A stretch of DNA of 64,000 nt. Origin: Anaerolineae bacterium. GTDB lineage: Bacteria; Chloroflexota; Anaerolineae; B4-G1; SLSP01. The translations under genes and the position numbers were made by a program. The stretch spans positions 66,426 through 130,425 of the forward strand of contig JBNGDL010000003.1 of the NCBI GenBank assembly GCA_049975205.1. The letters run 5' to 3'. The notes below the pieces were generated by a model. That model was not told the DNA's origin. It ran no database searches and saw only the letters and a list, made by a program, of their open reading frames with translations. Each line of letters opens with the position of its first letter. Position 1 is the first letter of the stretch. Shown here in pieces: positions 18,327-27,367 of this stretch.

Positions 18327-19286
18327 ATGATCAAGGTGCCCGAGGGCGATCTTGATCTCCTTGCTATCGGTGAGATCCTGGTGGATCTGATCTCGGTTGA
18401 GGAGACCAACACACTTGTCGAGGCGAACCGCTTTGTGAGACACCAGGGCGGTTCTCCCGCAAACATCGCCGTCAACATGACCAAGCTCGGCGCCCATACG
18501 GGCATGATTGCCCGCGTCGGCGACGATGCCTTTGGGCGCTTCCTTCGGGGATCGCTGTCTCGAGCGGGTGTGGAAACGAGCGGTGTGACTGTGGATCCCG
18601 AGGCGCATACCTCTTTGGTCTTTGTGTCGCACACCGCCGGGACGCCAGATTTTCTGGCCTGCCGCGCAGCCGACTTCTGTCTCTCACCTGCTGATGTTGA
18701 TGAAGACCTTGTCCGTCGTGCACGGATTGTCCACACGTCGATGTGGCCCCTCTCGAAAGAACCATCGCGGTCGGGGGTAGCACGCGCCTTCCAAATCGCG
18801 CGATCCCACGGTGCCTTGATCTCCCTCGATCCCAACTACAGTCCCCGCATCTGGCCTGACCGCGACGAAGCTCTGCACGTCCTTGCTGAGATGCTGGGCT
18901 ATGCCACGATCACGAAGCCCTCGCTGGACGATGCCCGCCGGATCTTTGATGCGGAGCTGGAGCCCGAAGCGTACATTGCGCGATTCCATGACATGGGCCC
19001 CGAGGTCGTGGTCTTCACCATGGGGTCCCAGGGGGTGCTGCTCTCAGAGGGCGGCACGGTCGTTCATATCCCGGCCCATGAGATCGAGGTGGTCGACGCC
19101 ACGGGCGCCGGAGATGCATTCTGGGCCGGATTCTTAACGGCGATTCTCGACGGATATACGCCGGAGCAGGCCGCTTACGTGGCCCGCGTTGTCGTCGAGG
19201 AGAAACTGACGCATATCGGCCCCTTGCCTGACCATATGGATCGCTGCGCTATTTACGAGCAGGCAGGGTTGATGCCTGTTTCGTGA
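18327..19286 (+). CDS. PfkB-family sugar kinase (fructokinase-like)
   Basis: 319 aa. AIGEILVDLIS...GGSPANIAVNMTKLG and C-terminal DATGAGDAFWAGF, the PfkB signature. Adjacent to SPS, as in characterised SPS-fructokinase pairs. Confidence 0.8.
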   Translation: MIKVPEGDLDLLAIGEILVDLISVEETNTLVEANRFVRHQGGSPANIAVNMTKLGAHTGMIARVGDDAFGRFLRGSLSRAGVETSGVTVDPEAHTSLVFVSHTAGTPDFLACRAADFCLSPADVDEDLVRRARIVHTSMWPLSKEPSRSGVARAFQIARSHGALISLDPNYSPRIWPDRDEALHVLAEMLGYATITKPSLDDARRIFDAELEPEAYIARFHDMGPEVVVFTMGSQGVLLSEGGTVVHIPAHEIEVVDATGAGDAFWAGFLTAILDGYTPEQAAYVARVVVEEKLTHIGPLPDHMDRCAIYEQAGLMPVS

Positions 19287-19418
19287 GGGTGCGTTGACTC
19301 CTTCAGGAGGACGGCTCACACACGCGTTGGAGCCTTCTTGGTGCCGGCGCGCTTGTGACGGAGAGCGATCCCTGACCGGTGCGTGACAGCCGGGCCTGGC
19401 TTCGACGAAAGCGTGCGA

Positions 19419-20672
19419 TCAGTCGCTGAGCCGGTCGATGAGCGGGCTCAACAGCGCCTTCCAGTCGTACGTCTCGGCGAAGACGCGCGCTCGTCTTCCC
19501 CACTTCTCTCGGGCGATGGGGTCGCGGGCCAGGGCAATGCACGCATCGGCGAAGGCGGTGGCGGTGTTGACCAAGACCATCGCGTGCCCGGGATCCTCGA
19601 AGCCCTCCGCCGCCAATCGCGTAGCCACGATGGCTTTCCCCATGGCTGTGGACTCCAGCAGCTTCAGCCGGGTTCCTCCGCCCACCAGCAAGGGCACGAC
19701 GTAGACCGCAGCGCCACGAATGTAGGGGCGCGTGTCCGGAACGCTCCCTGTGATCTCGACGCCCGGTATCGCACGCAGCCGATCCAGGCGAGGATGAGGG
19801 TTGCGTCCAACGATATAGAAATGGGCAGAAGTATGGACGCGCCGGATCTCAGGCCACACCTGGTCGCAGAACCAGAGAACGCCATCTACGTTGGGCCGAA
19901 AGTCCATCGTCCCAGTAAAGACAAAGGCAGGCTGGGTTAGGTCTGCCGCCTCCTCATAGGTGGCATAGGCCTCGACGTCGATACCGTTAGGAATCACTAA
20001 GGGGGTAAGGTCCGGGACGATCGCGCCCAGCGCCTCGGCGTCTGCTTCAGACACCGCGACCACCTGGTCGGCCTGGCGACAGACGTGGGCCTCGTAGGCA
20101 CGCAGCCGGCGCCATTGAATCGAGGAGTAAAAGGCACGCACGAGCCGCCGGGGATCGAGCCACTGGAAATGCGCCCAGTCTGAGCGGGCTGCACGCTTCT
20201 GCAGGAGGTACTCGCAGTTGTGGTCGTCAAAGGCGATGCGTGGTGACCTCGCCACAGGTTCGTCTCTTGTTGCTTCGGCTATTCGACCCAGGCCTCGGTA
20301 CGGCACCACAAAGGGCGCCATCTCTAGACCCTCAATCACGATCCAGTCGAAGGCGTAGTCGCGCAGCCACGCGTTGAGGCGCTCACTGAAAGCCTCATTG
20401 GTCAGTCGTTGGGTAAGATCGGGATGGCCTGTGAATAAGAAGTCTCGAAGTCGGTCCCTAAGGGATCGCTGCGGCTGCGGAACGATGCCAATCCGGGTTA
20501 CACGCTCCAGGAGTGTCGGCTCCGGCTTGGTGTCCTGATCCGCAGATGCAAAGGTGAGTAATGAGACTTCGTGGTGCTCGGCCAAGCCACGCAGCAGTCC
20601 CCAATTCCGCAGGGCCGTTCCTTGTCGCGGGGGATACGGGATCTGCGGTGTCAGCATCAGGAGAGAGGCCAT
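19419..20672 (-). CDS. Glycosyltransferase family 4 (GT-B, group 1)
   Basis: 417 aa. C-terminal GT4 core (VFTGTMDFRPNVDG...PLLVGGGTRLKLLESTAMGKAIVAT). Confidence 0.75.
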   Translation of the reverse strand: MASLLMLTPQIPYPPRQGTALRNWGLLRGLAEHHEVSLLTFASADQDTKPEPTLLERVTRIGIVPQPQRSLRDRLRDFLFTGHPDLTQRLTNEAFSERLNAWLRDYAFDWIVIEGLEMAPFVVPYRGLGRIAEATRDEPVARSPRIAFDDHNCEYLLQKRAARSDWAHFQWLDPRRLVRAFYSSIQWRRLRAYEAHVCRQADQVVAVSEADAEALGAIVPDLTPLVIPNGIDVEAYATYEEAADLTQPAFVFTGTMDFRPNVDGVLWFCDQVWPEIRRVHTSAHFYIVGRNPHPRLDRLRAIPGVEITGSVPDTRPYIRGAAVYVVPLLVGGGTRLKLLESTAMGKAIVATRLAAEGFEDPGHAMVLVNTATAFADACIALARDPIAREKWGRRARVFAETYDWKALLSPLIDRLSD

Positions 20673-20684
20673 TAGAAGGACACC

Positions 20685-21266
20685 TCAGGTTAGGCGGAGT
20701 CTCGCGGCTGCTGATCCCACGGCCAAAGCGATATGTAGTCCCCAGGTGAGAACGCCCTGAATGCCCCAGAGATTACCCTGAAAGACTGTCAGCAGTTGTA
20801 GCAGCCCCATCCCCAAGACGGGCAGACCTCCGACGATGATCCCAACGCTCACGATCCACCAGAGATTGTGACCATAACGCCGTCCTACCAACCGCCAGAT
20901 AAGCTCAGCGATGAGCGTGCCGGCTAGGGGAGAGAGGAAAATCACAAACCACCAGCTTCCCAGCAGTGGAAGGATGCTGGCAACACCGCCGAGGAGGGCC
21001 GAGACGATGCCCGCTAATGCGTAATCTGTGGGTCGTGATTGCTCGAACCGGCGCTTGCGACCACGCTTGCAGTCAGGACATATGTAGCCTACAGGAGTCC
21101 TTTGGGCGCACTTGCCGCAGATTGGCGTGCCGCACTGATAGCAGCGCAGGGTCGTTTCCGTCTTCGGATGCCAGTGACAGTAGAGGATCTCCTCCTGGTT
21201 TCCGCTTGCCTGGGATTCCTCTCCCACAGGTGCCCTCTGAGAGTCTCGCTCGTCGATCTCGTTCAT
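20685..21266 (-). CDS. Zinc-ribbon/B-box-like membrane protein
   Basis: CHWHP...CYQCGTPICGKC...CPDC is a Cys/His zinc-ribbon cluster, followed by three or four TM helices. Start ATG 21266-21264 overlaps the nadK TGA as ATGA. The ORF track begins at 21281. Confidence 0.5.
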   Translation of the reverse strand: MNEIDERDSQRAPVGEESQASGNQEEILYCHWHPKTETTLRCYQCGTPICGKCAQRTPVGYICPDCKRGRKRRFEQSRPTDYALAGIVSALLGGVASILPLLGSWWFVIFLSPLAGTLIAELIWRLVGRRYGHNLWWIVSVGIIVGGLPVLGMGLLQLLTVFQGNLWGIQGVLTWGLHIALAVGSAAARLRLT

Positions 21267-22144
21267 ACGTCTGATTCCCAATCGCTGCCGTTTCGCGGCT
21301 CGCCGTTTCGGGGTCTGAGACGCTCAACGAGGGTGCTGTAGAAGTCTTCCTGGCTTCTCAGACGGAGGAATCGCGCTCGGATGTTGCTGCGTTCGATGCG
21401 GACGATGTCGCCGTTTAGCAGCTCGCCCTCCATCCGACCATCGACCGACAGCATCCCCGGAATCTCGGTCTCCACATCGACCTCGATCACGGCTTCGGGG
21501 TTCAGAACCACGGGGCGCTCCAGACTCAGATGCGGCGCCGCGGGCACCACCAAGATGTTCTCAAGCCAGGGCGGGAGGATGGGTCCTCCGGCGGCGTACG
21601 CATAGGCTGTTGATCCTGTGGGCGTCGCCAGTATGAGAGCGTCGGCGACGTAACGCGCCATCAACGCACCATCGATCAGGGCGTGGAGCCGGACGGTCCG
21701 TGAAAGAGCGCCGCGGCTCACAACTGCGTCGTTGAGCGCATGCTCCTGGGCGATGGGGGTGTTGTCACGTATCAGCGTCACGCACAGCATCATACGCGAC
21801 TCAACCTTGCCCTCACCCGCCAGCACGCGCTCCAGCGTGTCGGCCCACGTGGCGGGCGAAGTTTCTGTCAGAAAGCCAACCCGGCCCAGGTTGATGCCCA
21901 AGATGGGCGTGTTGAGAGGAGCGGCCCTCTGTGTAACCCGGAGGATTGAGCCATCCCCTCCCAGTGTGATGAGCAGGTCGGCAGGCTCCTCAATCGTGGG
22001 GTGTTCCGAGGTGGCGCATAACCACGTGTCGAGGCCGCGATCCTCTAGCCATCTAGCTATTTTCTCTGCCAGAGGGCGTGACTTTCGAACCCGCGCGTTG
22101 TAGACCAGGCCGATATGCGTAAGGGATTGTTTCTCTGTGTTCAT
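21263..22144 (-). CDS. nadK: NAD(+) kinase
   Basis: 293 aa. GGDGSILRV and NLGRVGFLTE motifs. Confidence 0.85.
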   Translation of the reverse strand: MNTEKQSLTHIGLVYNARVRKSRPLAEKIARWLEDRGLDTWLCATSEHPTIEEPADLLITLGGDGSILRVTQRAAPLNTPILGINLGRVGFLTETSPATWADTLERVLAGEGKVESRMMLCVTLIRDNTPIAQEHALNDAVVSRGALSRTVRLHALIDGALMARYVADALILATPTGSTAYAYAAGGPILPPWLENILVVPAAPHLSLERPVVLNPEAVIEVDVETEIPGMLSVDGRMEGELLNGDIVRIERSNIRARFLRLRSQEDFYSTLVERLRPRNGEPRNGSDWESDV

Positions 22145-22265
22145 CGATGTCTTCAGCTCACAGTCTCCAACGCTTCACTTGCGGGTCGCCATAGACGGCG
22201 TTGATCTGTCTGTAGCAACCTCATCGCCGGGCCGGCATCGTCCGCTCGTGTGAATAACGCCTTGG

Positions 22266-23531
22266 CTATGCGGTCAGCTTCTCCCTCAGAATGGTCGTGA
22301 GCTTCTCGGTTGGGACCATTGTCTGATCGCCGCTGACCATGTTCCTAAGCGTGATCTCTCCGCGGGCCAGCTCGTCTTCACCGATGATGATGGTGAACTT
22401 CGCATTGCGCCGATCGGCGTGACGCAACTGCGACCGCAGGCTTCCGCCCATTGCGATCTGCGCGGCGATCCCTGCGTCCCGAATCTGGTCCAGGAGTTCT
22501 ACTGCGAAATCGCGACTGGCATCTCCAAGATAGGCTAAATAGACGGGTGGGGGGGACAGCACGGGCACATCAACATTCTGGTCCTTCATCACCATCACGA
22601 TCCGCTCCATACCGGACGCGAACCCAACCGCTGGGGTCGGCGGCCCACCAAGGAGCTCGGCGAGCCCGTCGTAGCGCCCGCCCCCGCACACAGCCGACTG
22701 CGCGCCAATGCCTTCGGCCCAGACCTCGAAGACGGTCTTGGTATAGTAGTCAAGGCCACGAACGAGGCGGTGATTCAGAGTATAGGGTCTGTTCAGTGCG
22801 TCGAGATAGCCACGCAGTTCGGCGAAGTGCTCGGCGCATTCGTCGCACAGCATCTCCGTGATCTTCGGCGATGAGGCAATCACGGGCTGGCACTGGTCTT
22901 GTTTGCAATCGAGGACGCGCAGCGGGTTCTCCACGATTCGTCGCCGGCAATTGTCGCAGATTACGTCCATATGCTCGTGGTAGTGTGCCTGCAGGGCTTC
23001 TACGTAGTCAGGACGGCACTTCGGACACCCCGTCGAGTTCAACTGGAATGAGAGGTTTTTGAAGTCGAGGGCCTCAAAGATCTCCCACGCCAGCAGCATG
23101 ACCTCAAGGTCTGCCAAGGGGCTCTCGACGCCCAGAATCTCCACATTGAACTGGTGGAATTGGCGGTATCTGCCAGCCTGCGGCTCCTCGTAACGGAATG
23201 CGGGTCCGGTCGAGTAGAGTTTCACCGGCTTTGGGAGCACATGCATCCCGTTTTCGATGTAGGCGCGGATCACGCCGGCTGTGAACTCCGGGCGGAGCGT
23301 CACGTCACGATCACCTTTGTCCTTAAAGGAGTACATCTCCTTTTCGACGATGTCGGTGGCCTCCCCGACGCCGCGGGCAAAGAGCTCTGTCATCTCAAAG
23401 ATGGGGGTGTCGATGCGCTCGAACCCATAACTACGGGCCACTTCAGCCACAACCCCCAGCAAATGCTCCCAATAAGGCTGATCTTCTGGGAGAATGTCCT
23501 GTGTGCCCTTAAGACGCGAATACTGCACCAT
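22266..23531 (-). CDS. hisS: Histidine--tRNA ligase
   Basis: 421 aa. KGTQDILPED...RPEFTAGVIRAY... are class II HisRS motifs, followed by a C-terminal anticodon-binding domain. Confidence 0.9.
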   Translation of the reverse strand: MVQYSRLKGTQDILPEDQPYWEHLLGVVAEVARSYGFERIDTPIFEMTELFARGVGEATDIVEKEMYSFKDKGDRDVTLRPEFTAGVIRAYIENGMHVLPKPVKLYSTGPAFRYEEPQAGRYRQFHQFNVEILGVESPLADLEVMLLAWEIFEALDFKNLSFQLNSTGCPKCRPDYVEALQAHYHEHMDVICDNCRRRIVENPLRVLDCKQDQCQPVIASSPKITEMLCDECAEHFAELRGYLDALNRPYTLNHRLVRGLDYYTKTVFEVWAEGIGAQSAVCGGGRYDGLAELLGGPPTPAVGFASGMERIVMVMKDQNVDVPVLSPPPVYLAYLGDASRDFAVELLDQIRDAGIAAQIAMGGSLRSQLRHADRRNAKFTIIIGEDELARGEITLRNMVSGDQTMVPTEKLTTILREKLTA

Positions 23532-23832
23532 AGATTACCTCGATAATTCTCTTCCTATGAAACCGATTAGGAGCATTATAGGCTATCTGAGTCCTCAAGA
23601 CAAGACATCCCGCTCCACAGAACGACCTCGGCTTGGCCAAGGATTGGCGTGCGCATAGCGGGAAACCCTGGACAGAATGCCAGTTTGTGATAGTATTCTG
23701 TTGGTTTAGAGGCTCCAAAACGCCAACCATCGGAGATGGCGACGGCGCCGCCGCCGATGGCGGGGTCAGTTAGAGTGTTCACAGGGTCGCCTCCGGATCA
23801 TTTCGGTGGGCGATTTTTTAATGTGGGTTTAT

Positions 23833-23848
23833 ATGCAGAAAAGTGCAT
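23833..23848. promoter_or_regulatory. Palindrome ATGCA-N6-TGCAT in an AT-rich promoter-like region upstream of the hydrogenase regulatory cassette
   Basis: ATGCAGAAAAGTGCAT at 23833-23848, immediately followed by TATATAT at 23850-23856. About 40 nt upstream of the first DRTGG gene (ATG 23889, RBS GGAGG). It also lies in the divergent hisS upstream region. Confidence 0.3.
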
Positions 23849-23888
23849 CTATATATCCAGTAGTGGGTGAAGGGTGGAGGTTGTCCCG

Positions 23889-24254
23889 ATGACATTGGAA
23901 GAGATTCTGAACGCAACAGAAGCGGAGATGCTGGTTGAGCCGCCCTTCAACATCGATCTTGAGTTTGCCTGTGCTTCTGACCTGATGAGTGATGTGTTGC
24001 TGTTCACCAAACCCAGCATGTTGTTGGTGACGGGCCTCACGAATCCGCAGGCCATCCGGACCGCTGATATGGCGGAAGCGCCAGCTGTTGTCTTTGTCCG
24101 GGGGAAGTACCCCCCGGAGGAAACCCTGGAACTTGCGAGCGAGATGGGTATCGGTGTCTTGCTCTCACCGTACACAATGTTCGAGACGGCGGGCCTTCTC
24201 TTCAAGGCGGGACTCAAGGGTATTGGGAAGCTGCCGATTATGCGGCAAAGCTAG
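23889..24254 (+). CDS. DRTGG domain protein
   Basis: About 121 aa. SDLMSDVLLFTKPSMLLVTGLTNPQAIRTA matches the DRTGG fold (PF07085), which is common in hydrogenase-associated cassettes. Confidence 0.65.
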   Translation: MTLEEILNATEAEMLVEPPFNIDLEFACASDLMSDVLLFTKPSMLLVTGLTNPQAIRTADMAEAPAVVFVRGKYPPEETLELASEMGIGVLLSPYTMFETAGLLFKAGLKGIGKLPIMRQS

Positions 24255-24316
24255 CGAAGGATCCACGGGACCACCAGGCTCACTCAGTGGCGTGACCAGG
24301 GCAAGTTGATAATCCT

Positions 24317-25294
24317 ATGAAGCGACAGTTCGCACTGCTAGGATTTATGGGGAGGGGCGGTGCACTCTCCAAGATTCACGAACTCGTCCGTGAGATGCAA
24401 GTCTCCCGTGTTATGACGGCGTCTCTGCTCACATTGCCTCCTGACGCCTCGATGAAGCAGTTAAAGGATTTGTTGCGCGAGCATCGCATTTCGGGGGTAC
24501 CTGTGGTGGAGGACGGAGAGCTTGCCGGCGTGGTCAGCATTGAGGACCTAATTCACGCGCTGGAGCGACAGCAGCTCGAAACCCCGATCCGCGACTTTAT
24601 GACCAGCGAGGGGCTTGTGACGGCGCAGGCTCAGGAGCCTGTGATGGAGGCGCTGCGGCGTTTTGAGAGGACGGGAATCGGACGAATGCCGGTCCTGGAT
24701 GCTCGCGACAAGCTGGTTGGCATTATCACCCGGGGAGACATTACCATGGCGTTGTTGCGAGCCCTGCAGGAGCTTTATAATGAAGCAGAGGCAGCCCAAG
24801 AGCGACCTCAGTACTTCTTCGAGGCACTGGAGTCGGAGAATACTAGCCTTCAGTTGCGCTACCATGTGGTCAAGGGCGATTTTGCCCGGGGCGGCGATGC
24901 CTCTGCTAAGATAAAGCGCGCGCTGTTGCGCATCGGGGCTTCTCCCCAATTAGCGCGTCGGGTGGCTATCGCGGCCTATGAGGCTGAGGTGAATCTGATC
25001 ATCCATACCGATTCAGGAGGCCTGATTCTAGCCGATATCCAGCCTGAGGAGATCACCGTGGTCGCGCAGGATTCGGGTCCGGGCATACCTGACGTGGAGC
25101 TTGCCAGGCAACCGGGCTACTCCACCGCGACGCCCGAGGTTCGGGAGATGGGCTTTGGGGCCGGTATGGGGCTCACCAACATCGAGCGATGCGCTGACAA
25201 AATGAGCCTCTGGTCTGCCGTTGGGGTAGGTACCCGCCTCCAGATGATTTTCTATGTGGCGCCGGAGGAGATCGGCGAGGTGGACGAAGCATGA
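24317..25294 (+). CDS. CBS-pair protein fused to an anti-sigma-factor-type Ser/Thr kinase-like HATPase domain
   Basis: Two CBS motifs (VMTASLLTLPP..., FMTSEGLVTAQ...). C-terminal GHKL/RsbW-like ATPase (AAYEAEVNLIIHT...GPGIPD...GFGAGMGL). Confidence 0.7.
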   Translation: MKRQFALLGFMGRGGALSKIHELVREMQVSRVMTASLLTLPPDASMKQLKDLLREHRISGVPVVEDGELAGVVSIEDLIHALERQQLETPIRDFMTSEGLVTAQAQEPVMEALRRFERTGIGRMPVLDARDKLVGIITRGDITMALLRALQELYNEAEAAQERPQYFFEALESENTSLQLRYHVVKGDFARGGDASAKIKRALLRIGASPQLARRVAIAAYEAEVNLIIHTDSGGLILADIQPEEITVVAQDSGPGIPDVELARQPGYSTATPEVREMGFGAGMGLTNIERCADKMSLWSAVGVGTRLQMIFYVAPEEIGEVDEA

Positions 25295-25340
25295 CGATGA
25301 CGCGGTCCAAGACCGGGATTCACACGAGGAGTCAAAAGGC

Positions 25341-25673
25341 ATGAAGGTAAGGGAAGTCGTCGAGCGTCTGGGATGGCGCGTGCTTGTAGGCGCTGATCAG
25401 CTTGATAGAGAGGTGGGAGGCGGCTACGCGGCCGATCTCCTGAGTTGTGTGATGGCGGGTGCGGAGGCGGATGATCTTTGGATCACGCTTCAAACGCATA
25501 CGAACATCGTTGCGGTCGCTTCGCTTCTGGGGATCTCGGCTATTGTGATTGCTGAGGGCGCTGTCGTGCCGGAGAACACCCGTGAGAAGGCTGAAGAGCA
25601 GGAGATGCCGCTGCTCGAGAGCCCCGATCCTGTCTACGAGACCGTCGCGAAGCTGGTTGCACTGGGTATCTAA
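25341..25673 (+). CDS. DRTGG domain protein, second copy
   Basis: MKVREVVERLG...ADLLSCVMAGAEADDLWITLQTHTNIVAVASL. ATG 25341 with an RBS GAGGAG. The ORF-track start at 25254 overlaps the previous gene. Confidence 0.6.
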   Translation: MKVREVVERLGWRVLVGADQLDREVGGGYAADLLSCVMAGAEADDLWITLQTHTNIVAVASLLGISAIVIAEGAVVPENTREKAEEQEMPLLESPDPVYETVAKLVALGI

Positions 25674-25792
25674 GGCTGCCGAGACGGAGTTGGCCAGAAT
25701 GGTATGGTGGGTGAGCGCATCGAAGCAGGTGAGGCGAGGACCGCCGTCGACCACAGCGCTGGCTTGCTAGAAGGCTACGCCGGAAGCAGAAG

Positions 25793-26539
25793 ATGAGGAC
25801 CTGCCGGGCTGACTTGCACATACACACTGTGCTTTCAGCGTGCGCCGAGGTCGAGATGATCCCTCCACTCATTGTGGAGGAAGCACTTTACAAAGGTCTG
25901 GACGTTATCGCGATCACTGACCATAATGCAAGTGGTAACGCGGCTGCGGTGATGGCGGCAGCGGAAGCCACAGATCTGACGGTTTTGCCGGGAATGGAGC
26001 TTCAGACCCGTGAGGAGGTGGACCTCCTCTGTATCTTCGGTGATCTACAAGCTATTGAAGCCTGGCAGGACATGGTCGATGGGTGGATCCCGCCTTTGAA
26101 GAACGATCCTGAGCATTTTGGGCCGCAATATCTGGTTGATCGCGATGGGAACTTCAAGAGTGAGGAGTCGCGGCTGCTGCAAGGTCCGACGACCATCGGG
26201 CTGGAGGATGCGGCCCGCCTTGTCCGTCAGTTGGGGGGCTTGGCCGTGCCGGCGCACATCGATCGGCCGAGCAATGGTCTGATTGCGATGTTGGGCATCT
26301 GGCCGCCCGAGCTCGAGGCCGATGCAGCTGAGGTCTCCCCGAATCTGCGCCCCAGCCAGGCGCGGCACCAGTTCCGATCTTTGCCGCCGGCGTTGCCGTT
26401 GATCAGCAACTCGGACGCGCACTGGCTGGATTGGATCGGTAAGGTGATGACCATCTTTGAGGTGGAAGGACCCCCTACGCTGAGTGAGCTTCGGCGTGCA
26501 CTGCAGGGGCAAGATAGGCGTCGAGCTTACGTGCCTTAG
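25793..26539 (+). CDS. PHP-domain phosphoesterase
   Basis: DLHIHTVLSACAE...DVIAITDHN...PAHIDRP are the PHP metal-binding His/Asp motifs. Confidence 0.75.
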   Translation: MRTCRADLHIHTVLSACAEVEMIPPLIVEEALYKGLDVIAITDHNASGNAAAVMAAAEATDLTVLPGMELQTREEVDLLCIFGDLQAIEAWQDMVDGWIPPLKNDPEHFGPQYLVDRDGNFKSEESRLLQGPTTIGLEDAARLVRQLGGLAVPAHIDRPSNGLIAMLGIWPPELEADAAEVSPNLRPSQARHQFRSLPPALPLISNSDAHWLDWIGKVMTIFEVEGPPTLSELRRALQGQDRRRAYVP

Positions 26540-26813
26540 TTGACCTCAAGTCTTAGGTCGTCTCGACAGAGGCTCGATGCTAAAGCGGGGAACAATGTCA
26601 CTGGGAGTCTGGGCGTGCGACAGTATAATGTAACTTGGCCTGTCGCTAGATCAGCATAGGCTATACTTGTCGGCACCTTCAAACAGGGCCCTGTTCATCC
26701 CCAGACCCGCCGTTGTGAGCGCTCGATGCTGGAGCTCAGATGTGCTGGGTGCGCCTCCGTGTGATGTTCGAGACTGTGGGTGCGGCGCTATCTTACGACG
26801 AGAGGTGAAGAGT

Positions 26814-27317
26814 ATGAGTGTAGCAGCAAAAGAGATATTTGCGGAGCAACTGGAGCTTTCTCCAGAGGAACAAGAGACGCTAGATCAGATTATCGGTGAA
26901 AATCGAGATCGACCTGGTTCGACGATGGTTGTGCTGACGCTGACCCAGGAGCGACTTGGGTACGTGTCGCCACCGATGCAGCGTTATATCGCCAAAGCGC
27001 TAGACGTTCCGTTGAGCCACATTTACGGAGTTTTGACCTTCTACTCATTCTTCCGGATGAGCCCGATAGGGCGGCATAAGATCAGCATCTGTATGGGGAC
27101 CGCCTGCTACGTACGAGGTGGGCCCACGTTAGTGGAGAAATACCAGCAGGTGTTGGGGGTGAAGGTGGGCGAGACGACCGAGGATCAGCGGTTTACGCTT
27201 GAGATCTGCCGCTGTGTGGGAGCCTGCTCCCAGGCACCCGTGGTGATGATCGACGACGATATCCTTGGTCGAGTTCAGCCGCAGAACGTCGCTAAGACGC
27301 TTCGGGACTACGAATGA
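26814..27317 (+). CDS. NuoE-like thioredoxin-fold [2Fe-2S] subunit, module A (HydC-type)
   Basis: About 168 aa. Four Cys in ICMGTACYVRG...ICRCVGACSQAP, the NuoE/HoxE 24-kDa subunit cluster motif. ATG 26814 with an RBS. The ORF track starts earlier, at 26667. Confidence 0.8.
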   Translation: MSVAAKEIFAEQLELSPEEQETLDQIIGENRDRPGSTMVVLTLTQERLGYVSPPMQRYIAKALDVPLSHIYGVLTFYSFFRMSPIGRHKISICMGTACYVRGGPTLVEKYQQVLGVKVGETTEDQRFTLEICRCVGACSQAPVVMIDDDILGRVQPQNVAKTLRDYE

Positions 27318-27367
27318 GACGGTTGCTGCTGGACCGTGGGGCCAGGCGTCAGACAAGTGACTGAGGC

